Origin: Gemmatimonadaceae bacterium
GTDB lineage: Bacteria > Gemmatimonadota > Gemmatimonadetes > Gemmatimonadales > Gemmatimonadaceae
Length of the DNA: 64,000 bases
NCBI GenBank assembly: GCA_051859245.1
Contig: JBHYGA010000005.1
Span: 192,001 to 256,000 of the forward strand
Direction: 5' to 3'
Shown here: positions 39,259 through 48,750 of the stretch, in pieces
How positions within the stretch are numbered: position 1 is the first letter of the stretch
Layout: each line of letters starts with the position of its first letter
Notes under the pieces: generated by a model
Database searches by the model: none
Told to the model about the DNA's origin: nothing
What the model saw: the letters and a program-made list of their open reading frames with translations, nothing else
Translations under genes and position numbers: made by a program

Positions 39259-42200
39259 ATGCCACGCTTTCTTGTGGTGGTGATGTGCAGTGTGCTGGCG
39301 CTGTTCACGATTGACGCTGGTGATGTACACGCGCAGGTGGACCCGCGTGGCGCGCACCGCACTCTTCGCACCGAACATTTTCGCGTCCACTTTCCCCAGT
39401 CGCACGAAGCGCTGGCGCGGCGCGCGGCGTCGCTGGCGGAAACCGCGTGGACGCAGCTGGCGGCGGAGCTGGTTACGCCTGATGTGCCGGTGGAACTGCT
39501 CGTGGTCGACAATCTCGACATCACCAATGGTTTCGCCACGCCATTTCCGAGCAATCGCATTACGGTGTACGCACTGCCACCGGTGATGGTGCCGGAGCTG
39601 CGTCACTACGATGACTGGCTGCAGCTCGTGATCACCCACGAACTCGTGCACATTTTTCAGCTCGATCGTGCACGCGGTTGGTGGGGTGCAGGCCGCAAGA
39701 TTTTTGGACGCAATCCGATTTTTCTGCCCAATGCGTATTTGCCAAGTTGGGTGATTGAAGGGCTGGCCGTGCATTACGAAACCAAACTCACCGGCAGCGG
39801 GCGTTTGGCGAGCAGCGAGTTTCCCATGATTGCGCGCGCGGCGGCGCTCAGCGGCAAAGTGCCGCCGCCATCCACGTGGAGTCTCACCACCTCGCGCTTT
39901 CCGCTGGGGCAACACGCGTACGGCTACGGCAGCATGCTCATCGAGCAGCTGATCGCCAGGAGCGAGCCTGGTGGGGCGCGTCGTTTTGTAGAATCGGTGG
40001 CCGGACATCCCATTCCGTGGCGTGTGAACCGCGCCGTGAAGGACGCGTTCGGCATCAGCGTGAACAGTGCGTTTGCCGGCTTTGCCGATTCGCTTGGGCT
40101 CGTGGCCAGCAGCGCGCGCGAGTGGGCCGCACGCGATACGGTGCGCCGACTGACTGCCTTTGGCATGACATGGTTTGCCTCGCAACCGCAGTGGGAAAAT
40201 GACAGCACCGTGCTGCTTGCCGTGAATGACGGCGAAGACGTGGGCGGTGTGTACCGGGCGCATGTCACCGCCAACACGATTGATCTCTCGCGTGTGGCGC
40301 GTCGTAACTCGATGGACGCAACCTCGCCGAGCAATGATGGGCGCACCGTGTTTGCGCAGCTGGAGTACGAGGATCCGTTCGTGATTCGCAGTCAGTTGCG
40401 GCAGACCGATCGCGGCGGGAACGAATCGGAAATCGCGGGCACGTCGCGTGTGGTGTTGCCGCACGCACGTGCGTCTGATGGTGCGATTGTGGCCATACGT
40501 CTTGCGCCGGGCACGACATCACTGGTGCGCGTGTCCAGCGACGGTGTGGTGACGCCACTGCGAACCGGTTCTGCGGACACCGCCTACAGCGAGCCGCGCT
40601 GGAGTCCGGACGGTGCGCGCATTGTGGCGATTCGACTGATTCGCGGCGCGCAGCAGCGTGTGGTGGTCATGGATTCGCTGGGTCGTGACCTCGTGAACCT
40701 CACGGCAGGACGTGAAATCAATACGGTGCCAACGTTCACCCCGGATGGTCAGCATGTCATCTGGGCCAGTGATATGCTGGGCAGTCAGCAACTCATGCGC
40801 GCGAACGTTGACGCGTGCCGCTCACGCTGCGAACCGCGCGTGTTGACGCTGTCACCAACCGGCATCGGTTCGCCGTCGGTGTCGCCCGACGGGACGCGCA
40901 TTGCGGCTATTGAATACACGTTGCAAGGGCAGCGCCTGGTGATTGTGCCCATGCACCAGGGCTATCCGCTCTCTGGTGAAGGTTCAGTGCCGCGCCTCAT
41001 GTCGGTCACACCGTACGCAGCGCGCACGCGCATTTCGCCGCGGCACATGGATAGTGCCGGCACTGACACCATCCCGAGCACGCCGTATCGTGCGTTCCGG
41101 CAACTGCTGCCGCGGTGGTGGATGCCGATAGTTGGGGAAGGTAGCGCCGGTGGTGCGACGTACGGTATTTCCAGCAGTGGCCTCGACATTCTTGGCCGAC
41201 ACGCGTGGGCTGCACAAGGCACGTTTGATCCCGAGCGACGCGAAGTGCAGGGCAGTGCGGTGTATCGCTATCGCGCGCTGCCGCGCACGTACGGATGGCA
41301 ACCACTGCTTGATGTGTCGGGTGTGCAGAACTGGGATCGATTCCCCGTAATCGACACCGGCAGCATCCTGCTCGGCGAGTTGCAACGTGTCACGCGAACG
41401 TACAGTGCGGGCATCACCTTTTCGCGTCCGCGCATTCGCACCAGCAGTTCATTCAGTGTTGGTGCACAGCTCGAAACGCGCGACTATCTCACCGATCCAC
41501 CGGAGCTCGTGCAACGACTCGATCCCGTGTACGAGCGTGGGCGTTCGCAGCCTGGTGTGTTTGCCAGTGCAAGCTTTGGCAACGTCATGCGCGCTGGTCG
41601 CGCGATCTCGCTCGAAGACGGGTTCAACGTCAGCACATCAGTGCAGCAGCGTTGGAAGAGCGGCATTCTGGAGCAGCGTTCGCTGCGTGCTGTGAGTGTG
41701 TTGCGGGCGTACAAGGCATTGGACTGGGGCGGGTTCTCGCGTCATGCGCTGGCCGCGCGTGTGAGTGGTGGTGTGGTGGATCAGCACGCGTGGAGTGAAC
41801 TGTCCATTGGTGGTGTGAGTGGTGCGCTCGCCGAGTTGGTGCCGGGCGTGAATGTGGGCGATCCGTCGCGACAGTTTCCGGTGCGCGGGTTTGAACCCGG
41901 TGTGCAGTATGGTTCGCGCGCAATCACATCGAGTGTGGAGTATCGTGCACCGCTCGCGCTGGTCGCGCGTGGTCTTGGTCTGGTGCCGATTTTTCTTGAT
42001 CGAACATCCGTCAGTGTGTTTGGTGATGCAGGTCGTGCGTGGTGTAGCGCTGATGTGCGTGCGTCGGTGTCGGCACCGGCATTGTGTTTGCCGTCAGGTG
42101 TGCGTGATGGCTGGCTGGCCTCTGTTGGCGCCGAGCTGAATATGGATATTGGGGTTCAGTGGGATGTGCCGTATCGCCTGCGTCTGGGGTTGGCGCAGCC

Positions 42201-42267
42201 AGTCGCGCGCCCGTTCGGGTTGCCGGGGCAGGGCAGTGTGTACATCACGCTTGGTTCGAGCTTTTAG
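39259..42267 (+). CDS. Secreted multidomain protein: zincin-like HExxH domain, TolB/PD40 propeller and Omp85/BamA-like barrel
   Basis: Signal peptide; VITHELVH...WVIEGLA; PRWSPDG / PTFTPDG / PSVSPDG repeats; FPVRGF, VEYRAPL, FGDAG, C-terminal YITLGSSF. Confidence 0.78.
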   Translation: MPRFLVVVMCSVLALFTIDAGDVHAQVDPRGAHRTLRTEHFRVHFPQSHEALARRAASLAETAWTQLAAELVTPDVPVELLVVDNLDITNGFATPFPSNRITVYALPPVMVPELRHYDDWLQLVITHELVHIFQLDRARGWWGAGRKIFGRNPIFLPNAYLPSWVIEGLAVHYETKLTGSGRLASSEFPMIARAAALSGKVPPPSTWSLTTSRFPLGQHAYGYGSMLIEQLIARSEPGGARRFVESVAGHPIPWRVNRAVKDAFGISVNSAFAGFADSLGLVASSAREWAARDTVRRLTAFGMTWFASQPQWENDSTVLLAVNDGEDVGGVYRAHVTANTIDLSRVARRNSMDATSPSNDGRTVFAQLEYEDPFVIRSQLRQTDRGGNESEIAGTSRVVLPHARASDGAIVAIRLAPGTTSLVRVSSDGVVTPLRTGSADTAYSEPRWSPDGARIVAIRLIRGAQQRVVVMDSLGRDLVNLTAGREINTVPTFTPDGQHVIWASDMLGSQQLMRANVDACRSRCEPRVLTLSPTGIGSPSVSPDGTRIAAIEYTLQGQRLVIVPMHQGYPLSGEGSVPRLMSVTPYAARTRISPRHMDSAGTDTIPSTPYRAFRQLLPRWWMPIVGEGSAGGATYGISSSGLDILGRHAWAAQGTFDPERREVQGSAVYRYRALPRTYGWQPLLDVSGVQNWDRFPVIDTGSILLGELQRVTRTYSAGITFSRPRIRTSSSFSVGAQLETRDYLTDPPELVQRLDPVYERGRSQPGVFASASFGNVMRAGRAISLEDGFNVSTSVQQRWKSGILEQRSLRAVSVLRAYKALDWGGFSRHALAARVSGGVVDQHAWSELSIGGVSGALAELVPGVNVGDPSRQFPVRGFEPGVQYGSRAITSSVEYRAPLALVARGLGLVPIFLDRTSVSVFGDAGRAWCSADVRASVSAPALCLPSGVRDGWLASVGAELNMDIGVQWDVPYRLRLGLAQPVARPFGLPGQGSVYITLGSSF

Positions 42268-42295
42268 CGTTTGTGTCTTGCTGCGTTTCGCTCTT

Positions 42296-42347
42296 CACGT
42301 CACACCACACGTTAGACCACACGTTACACCACACGTTACACCACACG
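42296..42347. repeat. 12-bp tandem repeat, about 4.3 copies (CACGTTACACCA)
   Basis: CACGTCACACCA-CACGTTAGACCA-CACGTTACACCA-CACGTTACACCA-CACG, directly before the GGGAG RBS. Confidence 0.9.
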
Positions 42348-42359
42348 GGAGTTTGTCTG

Positions 42360-42875
42360 ATGTCTCCGCATCACGAGCCGTTCATTGCGCAGTCGGCGTA
42401 CATCCATAGCGCGGCGGTGGTACACGGCGACGTGCATCTGGGCGAACACGCGAGTGTGTGGCCCACGGCGGTGATTCGCGGCGATGTGGCGCGCATTACC
42501 ATCGGCGATCGCAGCAACGTGCAGGACGGCGCGGTGATTCACGCCGACGCTGGTGTGCCCACCACGATTGGCAACGATTGTGTGATCGGGCACCGCGCGA
42601 TTGTGCACGGATCAACGCTTGAGGACGGTGTGCTGGTTGGCATGGGCGCGATTCTGCTCAACGGTGTGTACGTGGAGCGTGGCAGCATTATCGGCGCCGG
42701 TGCGGTGGTCACCGAAGGCACACGTGTGCCGGCCGGATCACTGATGCTTGGTGTGCCGGCGAAAGTCGTGCGCACGCTGGATGCAGCGCGTCAGGCCGCG
42801 ATCATTGAGAATGCCGCGCGGTATGTGGTTCAGGCTGCCGCGTACCGCGATGGAGACGTTCCCCGGCGAACGTAG
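42360..42875 (+). CDS. Gamma carbonic anhydrase-family (hexapeptide repeat) protein
   Basis: SVWPTAVIRGD, SNVQDGAVIH, IGHRAIVHG, LVGMGA, GVPAK; GGGAG RBS. Confidence 0.93.
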   Translation: MSPHHEPFIAQSAYIHSAAVVHGDVHLGEHASVWPTAVIRGDVARITIGDRSNVQDGAVIHADAGVPTTIGNDCVIGHRAIVHGSTLEDGVLVGMGAILLNGVYVERGSIIGAGAVVTEGTRVPAGSLMLGVPAKVVRTLDAARQAAIIENAARYVVQAAAYRDGDVPRRT

Positions 42876-43470
42876 TCGCGTGATGGCGGTGTGGGCTGGC
42901 GTGGGCGTCATTTCAACGTCACCAGCCGTTGGAGCACGCGATCCTGAGCAAATGAGCTATTGCGCTCGCTCGGTTCGGGGTCAGAAAGGCGGCCTTCGTG
43001 ATTCCGGGCAAGCGCGTGGTCAAGGTGCCTCACCACTGTGGCGTCCCCGCTGACGCTTGCACTCCGCAGGTGTGGTGCGAGCTCAGCAGGCGTCGCAGGG
43101 ACGGGACGCGTAACTCGTTGTGTGTGAGGGGTTTCCAGATTTGGGACCAGACGAACTGACCGGCGGCCTCAACAGCGGTGTGTCACAAAGGTTGGCGAGC
43201 TCAGCTGTATGTGGGCACGTGGTGGACAACTTGTCCGTTCACACAAAAGCGTGATGTCATTTTCGCAAAGCATTTCATTGCAAGCAGTTACAGAAGTACT
43301 TGCGCGGGCTCACGAATAGGGGCACCATACGCCCCCGCACGACACCCCCGCCATGACGCGAACGGCTTCGATGCGCCATCTTTCATAGCTGCGCTGCTCT
43401 GCCGTTATCGCTGCCCAAATCGCCTTCGTTCAGCAGTCCTTCGTCATATCCAGTAACAGGAGTCTGAGTC

Positions 43471-46047
43471 ATGCCATTTACGTCAACGCCCCCGGACGGT
43501 CCGGTGACGCTCACCAGCAACGCACGCACGGTCCTTGAAAAGCGCTATCTCGTAAAGGATGCTGCGGGCAAGCCGGTTGAGACGCCGGAGCAAATGTTCT
43601 GGCGCGTGGCGACGGTTGTAGCCGAAGCGGATCGTCGCTTTGGTGCGAGCGATGGGGCGGTGCAGGCGGCGGCCGAGGAGTTCTATTTCCTCATGACGCA
43701 GCGTCGGTTTGAGCCGAACTCGCCCACGCTCATGAACGCTGGTCGTCCGTTGGGGCAGCTCTCCGCGTGTTTTGTGTTGCCCGTGGAAGACGCGCTCAGC
43801 AACGGCGAAAGCGGCATTTATGATACGCTGCGCAGCATGGCACTCATTCACCAGAGCGGCGGTGGCACGGGCTTCTCGTTCTCGCGTTTGCGTTCACGCG
43901 GTGCGATGGTGCGTAGCACGACGGGTGTTGCGAGCGGCCCGGTGTCGTTCATGCAGTTGTACGATGCGAGCACGGATGCCGTGAAGCAGGGCGGCACGCG
44001 TCGTGGTGCGAACATGGGCATTCTGCGCGTAGATCATCCCGATGTGTTCGAGTTCATCTCGAGCAAGGAAGATCTCACCAAGATCACGAACTTCAATATT
44101 TCGGTGGGCATCACCACCAAGTTCATGGACGCGCTCAAGGCCGACGGTGAGTACGATCTGATTGATCCGAGCAACGGTCAGGTCACGGGTCAGCTGCGCG
44201 CGCGCGAAGTGTGGGACAAGATGATCCTCGGCGCGTGGCGTACCGGCGAGCCTGGTGTGTTCTTCATTGACGAAGCCAATCGCTACAACCCGGTACCGCA
44301 CCTGGGCAGCTACGAAGCCACCAATCCGTGTGGTGAGCAGCCGCTGCTGCCGTACGACGTGTGCAACCTGGGCTCCATCAATGTTGGCTGGTACGTGCAG
44401 GATGGTGTGATGAACTGGGACGCGTTCAAGCGCGACATTCATCTCAGCACGCACTTCCTCGACAACATCATCGACGTCAACAAGTATCCGCTTCCCGAAA
44501 TCACGTCGCTCGCGCAGCGCATTCGCCGCATTGGTCTGGGAGTGATGGGCTTTGCCGACATGCTCGTGCGCATGGGCATTCCGTATGACAGCCCGGAAGG
44601 CGTGGAGATGGGCCGTCGAGTGATGGAGTTCCTCGATGTTGAAGCGAAGAAGGAAAGCGAGCGGTTGGCCAAGGAGCGTGGTGCGTTCCCCGAGTGGGCG
44701 CGTTCCATCTGGGGGCCCGACGAAACGTGCGCGCGTGATGAAAACGGTCAGCGCATTCGTCCCATGCAGCTGCTGCGCAATTGCAACGTGACCACCGTTG
44801 CGCCCACGGGCACGATCTCGATCATTGCCGGTTGCTCAAGCGGTCTCGAGCCGTTGTTCGCGGTGGCGTTCATGCGCAATCAGGCCGGCGTGATGATGCC
44901 CGATGTGAACGAAGACTTTGTGGCCATTGCCAAGGCGGGCGGTTGGTATTCCGACGCGCTCATGGAGAAGATTGCCAAGACAGGCACCGTGAAACACGAC
45001 GAAGTGCCGGAGCGTGTGCAGAAGTTGTTCAACACGGCGAACAACATTTCACCCGAGTATCACATTCGCATGCAGGCCGCGTTCCAGGATCACTGCGACT
45101 CGGCCATCTCCAAGACCACCAACTTCTCGTACACCGCCACGCAGGACGACGTGCGCGCCATTTACGAGTTGGCGTACGAGCTCAAGTGCAAGGGTGTCAC
45201 CGTGTACCGCGACGGTTCGCGTGACAACCAGGTGCTCAGCACCGGTGCAACGGCCGATGCTGCAGCCAAGCGTGAAGAAGTGAAGGCCGCGGGTTCGGCT
45301 GAGGGTGTGAAGAGCGCCGAGCCGGCCAAGGGTGACAAGGGCGAGCTTGTGGCACTCAAGCGTGAGATGGGCGAGTTGCAGGGCACGATCGCCGAGTTGC
45401 AGAACGAACTCGATCGTTCGCGTAAGCTGCTGCACAGTGCAGAGGCCGAGAATGCCGCGCGTCGTGCGAAGCGTTCGCGTCCGGATGTGTTGCGTGGAAC
45501 GACGATTCGCAAAGAGACGCCGCTTGGCACGATGTTCGTGAACATCACGGAAGACGAAAAGGGTCAGCCGTTTGAAGTGTTCATTAATCTCGGCAAGGCT
45601 GGCGGTGCTGCGATGAGTGATGCGGAGGCGATCGGTCGCCTGGTGTCGCTGGCGCTGCGGTCGGGTATTCCGCTCATGGAGATTCACCGTCAGTTGCGCG
45701 GTATTGCGAGCGATCGTGCGGTTGGGCTCGGGCCGAACAAGGTGTTGAGTGTGCCTGACGCGATCGGCTTGGCGCTTGAGACGTGGTACCGCGAGAAGCA
45801 GGGTGTGCAGCAGGACTTGCTGTCGAGTGCCGCTGCTGCGCCGGTGGTGACGTTGATGCCGCCGTCACCGGTGCCGGTGGCGCCGACGCCGCGGCCGAGT
45901 GTTGATGCGGGAACGCAGGCGATGGGGTTTGAGAGCTACAATGCGGGTGACACGTTCATGGGGACGTGCCCGGATTGTGGGTCACAGCTGGAGTTTGCTG
46001 AAGGCTGCGTGAAGTGTCACGTGTGTGGGTTTAGTGAGTGTGGGTGA
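43471..46047 (+). CDS. nrdJ: Class II (adenosylcobalamin-dependent) ribonucleotide reductase with a C-terminal TSCPD/Zn-ribbon domain
   Basis: PNSPTLMNAG, QLSACFV, KQGGTRRGANM, ATNPCGEQ..CNLGSIN, APTGTIS, SKTTN, KGVTVYRDGSR; C-terminal CPDCG..CVKCHVCG. Confidence 0.96.
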   Translation: MPFTSTPPDGPVTLTSNARTVLEKRYLVKDAAGKPVETPEQMFWRVATVVAEADRRFGASDGAVQAAAEEFYFLMTQRRFEPNSPTLMNAGRPLGQLSACFVLPVEDALSNGESGIYDTLRSMALIHQSGGGTGFSFSRLRSRGAMVRSTTGVASGPVSFMQLYDASTDAVKQGGTRRGANMGILRVDHPDVFEFISSKEDLTKITNFNISVGITTKFMDALKADGEYDLIDPSNGQVTGQLRAREVWDKMILGAWRTGEPGVFFIDEANRYNPVPHLGSYEATNPCGEQPLLPYDVCNLGSINVGWYVQDGVMNWDAFKRDIHLSTHFLDNIIDVNKYPLPEITSLAQRIRRIGLGVMGFADMLVRMGIPYDSPEGVEMGRRVMEFLDVEAKKESERLAKERGAFPEWARSIWGPDETCARDENGQRIRPMQLLRNCNVTTVAPTGTISIIAGCSSGLEPLFAVAFMRNQAGVMMPDVNEDFVAIAKAGGWYSDALMEKIAKTGTVKHDEVPERVQKLFNTANNISPEYHIRMQAAFQDHCDSAISKTTNFSYTATQDDVRAIYELAYELKCKGVTVYRDGSRDNQVLSTGATADAAAKREEVKAAGSAEGVKSAEPAKGDKGELVALKREMGELQGTIAELQNELDRSRKLLHSAEAENAARRAKRSRPDVLRGTTIRKETPLGTMFVNITEDEKGQPFEVFINLGKAGGAAMSDAEAIGRLVSLALRSGIPLMEIHRQLRGIASDRAVGLGPNKVLSVPDAIGLALETWYREKQGVQQDLLSSAAAAPVVTLMPPSPVPVAPTPRPSVDAGTQAMGFESYNAGDTFMGTCPDCGSQLEFAEGCVKCHVCGFSECG

Positions 46048-46100
46048 TACTCAATCTCTGCGACTGCGCACCGATGCACGCGTGATGTCTTGGTGAGATA

Positions 46101-46141
46101 GACGACGGGCCCTACAGCGTGATGCTGTGGGGCCCGTCGTC
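46101..46141 (+). terminator. Strong hairpin after nrdJ, at the left boundary of the accessory island
   Basis: GACGACGGGCCCTACAGC-GTGAT-GCTGTGGGGCCCGTCGTC, an 18-bp stem with one G-U pair; weak U tract. Confidence 0.6.
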
Positions 46142-46248
46142 GAATTGTGGATACAGATGAGGCTGCTAGTTCGGCGTATGCCACGTTTCGTCATGAGTAC
46201 TGCCCATCTTGGGCGCGCTCTCTTCGCATTCTTGAGAAGGAGGTAGGC

Positions 46249-47046
46249 GTGAGATTCGCGATCTTCGTGGATGGTTCAAATCTTTTCGGATCCCTGAAAG
46301 CGATGAATCTGGAGATCGACGATTATGAAGCACTGTACGGTCATCTCTTCCGTGAGGCCAACCTGACACTTCAGAAGAGCACGCACAGTACAGGAGCTAT
46401 GGGTGCCGCGCTACGACGTGTCTATTGGTACGCGGTGGGTTCAATCGATGACTGGGACCTATCGCTGCCGCAGTCTCAAACCGCCCTTCGAAATGCTTTC
46501 ACCAAGGATAAAGACATTCGTAACGCATGGATGGCATTGGTTGGCAAATCAAGCCCTGGAGTGGCGGGCACAGTGCTCGAAGACAATGCGTGGAATGCCT
46601 GCTTCAACGACTTCGACGCGTGGTACAAGAAGAAGCGTGAAATTCTTGATGGTATGCGACGCTTTCATCAAGGGGTTCGAATCAGTACCGACCTAATCGA
46701 CGTGCTAGAACATGGTCACTGGAAGGTCAACTTCTTGCACAAATGGGTGGAAGAAAAGGGGCTCGATACATCGCTTGCGGTAGATATGGTAGCGCTGCAG
46801 GAAAACTACGACGTAGCGGTGGTCGTGTCGGGAGACGCCGACAGCATTCCTTCTATACGTCACATGAAGAAGCGCAACAAGCTGATCGCCGCCGTCGAGT
46901 TCATTAACGGCTCACCGCCAGAACATCGAGGTCGCACTTTCTCCTCCCGTTTGAAGGAACATGCAGACTTCGTGATCAGAATCTATGAAACCGAGCTAAT
47001 TCGGCTCAAGGTCGCCCGTCGTCCAACTCCGAAGGGGACAGTTTGA
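46249..47046 (+). CDS. NYN (LabA/DUF88, PIN-fold) predicted ribonuclease
   Basis: AAGGAGGT RBS before GTG 46249; FVDGSNL, RVYWY, EKGLDTSLAVDMV, VSGDAD, LKEHADF. Confidence 0.9.
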   Translation: MRFAIFVDGSNLFGSLKAMNLEIDDYEALYGHLFREANLTLQKSTHSTGAMGAALRRVYWYAVGSIDDWDLSLPQSQTALRNAFTKDKDIRNAWMALVGKSSPGVAGTVLEDNAWNACFNDFDAWYKKKREILDGMRRFHQGVRISTDLIDVLEHGHWKVNFLHKWVEEKGLDTSLAVDMVALQENYDVAVVVSGDADSIPSIRHMKKRNKLIAAVEFINGSPPEHRGRTFSSRLKEHADFVIRIYETELIRLKVARRPTPKGTV

Positions 47047-47153
47047 AGGTTTGAGGTTGCTGCTAAGTAACACGACTGCATGTGCGATTACGGACGCCAG
47101 CGGTCTCGGCTCCACCTGAGGACTCCCCACCACCTGCACCAGCCCAGCATCGA

Positions 47154-48635
47154 ATGAATATCACGCCAGGACGGCGCGCGCTCGACAAGATCTACAAGCG
47201 GCGCAATCGATACGAAATACCAGACTGGCAACGAGGAGAAGTCTGGGATCTCGTCAAGAAGCAGCAGCTCATTGACAGCATCCTTCGCGGATGGCGTCTC
47301 CCGAAGCTTTACTTCGTGGTCACGTCTGCCGATTCATATGAGGTGGTTGACGGGCAGCAACGGCTCAGTGCGATATACGAGTTCTTTGGAAACGAACTCC
47401 CACTTTCAGAGGACTCTGCACGGGTTTTCGGAGGTCCGTTTTACAGCGAGCTTCCGCCAAAATACGCTGATGCTTTTGATGATTTCGAGATTGACTACGA
47501 CGAAATCCAAGACGCAACTGACAACGAGCTGAAACAGTTCTTTCAGCGGCTTCAAGCGGGCCTGCCGCTCACAAGCAGTGAAAAGCTGAATGCTGTGCAT
47601 AGCCGCTTGCGAGACTTCTGTCGTCGAGTAAGCGATCACAAGTTCATCAAAACTCGAACAGCACTGGTGGACTCGCGGCTGTCTTTCTTTGACGTGATGA
47701 GCAAGGTTGCGACGCTTGAGATTGAGGGGATAGATGCAGGCTTACGCTTCGATGACGTCAAGAGCGTGTTCGACGCAAACGACTCATTCGTTGCTACATC
47801 AGCTGTAGCGAAGCGCATTAGCAAAGCCATGGAGTTCCTGGCTGTTGCCTTTCCTCGAGTAGAGGCTGGCCTCAAGAATCGCACCATTGTTCAATCGGTC
47901 ATTACACTCGCGTGCCAGCTAGTTGCAACAAGAAGGCAGCAAGGACTGGAGAGAAAGTTCGCAAAGTTCATTCGATCGTTTCTTGAAGAACTGAGTCGGC
48001 AGGTGGAGCTTGGTCAGGCAGCAACGGACCTTGACTACATTCGATTTCAGAGGACTGTTAGTGCGAACTTGAAGACAGGTGCAAGAACTCGGAACGAGAT
48101 ATTGCTTCGTAAGGCATTCCTTTTCGATCGCTCAATCGCAGATGCCTTCGGTCCAATGGCAGTGGCCACAAGTGGGATTGAGCTGCGAGTAGCGGATCTT
48201 GGGGAGGCGATCGCGAAGCAGATAGGTCGCTTGAACAGCGGGTATGCAGCAAAGCATGGCCATGACTTGTTCAAGTCAACAAACAAGACGACGCAGGCAC
48301 TAGTCCGGCTTCGAAAGCCAATAAAGGATCTCGATACCTATCGTGCTCTAATCGACGACCTCTATTTTGTTTTTAAGGAAGGAGTCGGCGCTCGGCTCGA
48401 GGGAAAGATGCCAGACTCATTCACTGATGTGAATATTTTGAGAACTGATCTTCAGCACGACTTGGATCATGGCAACGCAGGCAAGGCCGCGTCGAAGCGA
48501 CGAAAGACTGGGACAACCTTTCGTCGCTACGCCGGCACCGGATCACCTGATACACTTGAAACTAGTCGATTCGTTCTAGTTCAGGCCAATCTGCTTACTG
48601 CGATCGAAGCAGACTTGTTGACGCTTTCCCAATAG
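47154..48635 (+). CDS. DUF262 (GmrS/ParB-Srx-like) protein with a helical C-terminal domain containing RxxxxH
   Basis: IPDWQRGEVW, LIDSILRG, VDGQQRL, FQRLQAGLPLT; C-terminal LRTDLQH; visibly lower GC than the host genes. Confidence 0.85.
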   Translation: MNITPGRRALDKIYKRRNRYEIPDWQRGEVWDLVKKQQLIDSILRGWRLPKLYFVVTSADSYEVVDGQQRLSAIYEFFGNELPLSEDSARVFGGPFYSELPPKYADAFDDFEIDYDEIQDATDNELKQFFQRLQAGLPLTSSEKLNAVHSRLRDFCRRVSDHKFIKTRTALVDSRLSFFDVMSKVATLEIEGIDAGLRFDDVKSVFDANDSFVATSAVAKRISKAMEFLAVAFPRVEAGLKNRTIVQSVITLACQLVATRRQQGLERKFAKFIRSFLEELSRQVELGQAATDLDYIRFQRTVSANLKTGARTRNEILLRKAFLFDRSIADAFGPMAVATSGIELRVADLGEAIAKQIGRLNSGYAAKHGHDLFKSTNKTTQALVRLRKPIKDLDTYRALIDDLYFVFKEGVGARLEGKMPDSFTDVNILRTDLQHDLDHGNAGKAASKRRKTGTTFRRYAGTGSPDTLETSRFVLVQANLLTAIEADLLTLSQ

Positions 48636-48750
48636 CTGAGCCGATGCTTTGCTCGCGCGCCGAATGCCGTCAGTCGAGCGCGTTGTGCGCAAAAAGCTTC
48701 CGGCGCTGTACTCGATCATGTAGTGTCGCTGTTTTTCGCCCCGCCAGAAT

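Noticed and set aside
38449..40464. Long antisense ORFs (for example 671 aa at 38449-40464, 406 aa at 9768-10988, 348 aa at 26988-28034)
   Set aside because: They are shadows of well-supported genes in GC-rich DNA, Arg/His-rich and without motifs.
42296..42347. CRISPR array
   Set aside because: 12-bp units are directly adjacent with no spacers, and no cas genes are present.
43310..43350. Cobalamin riboswitch upstream of nrdJ (AATAGGG...GCCCCCGC)
   Set aside because: The two words are only ~9 nt apart. The GGGAA, GGTG-AA-TCC, ACTGT and B12-box elements are missing, so it is only a small hairpin.
43471..46047. Intein or intron in nrdJ
   Set aside because: Catalytic motifs are contiguous and no C/S...HN-C/S/T splice junctions were seen.
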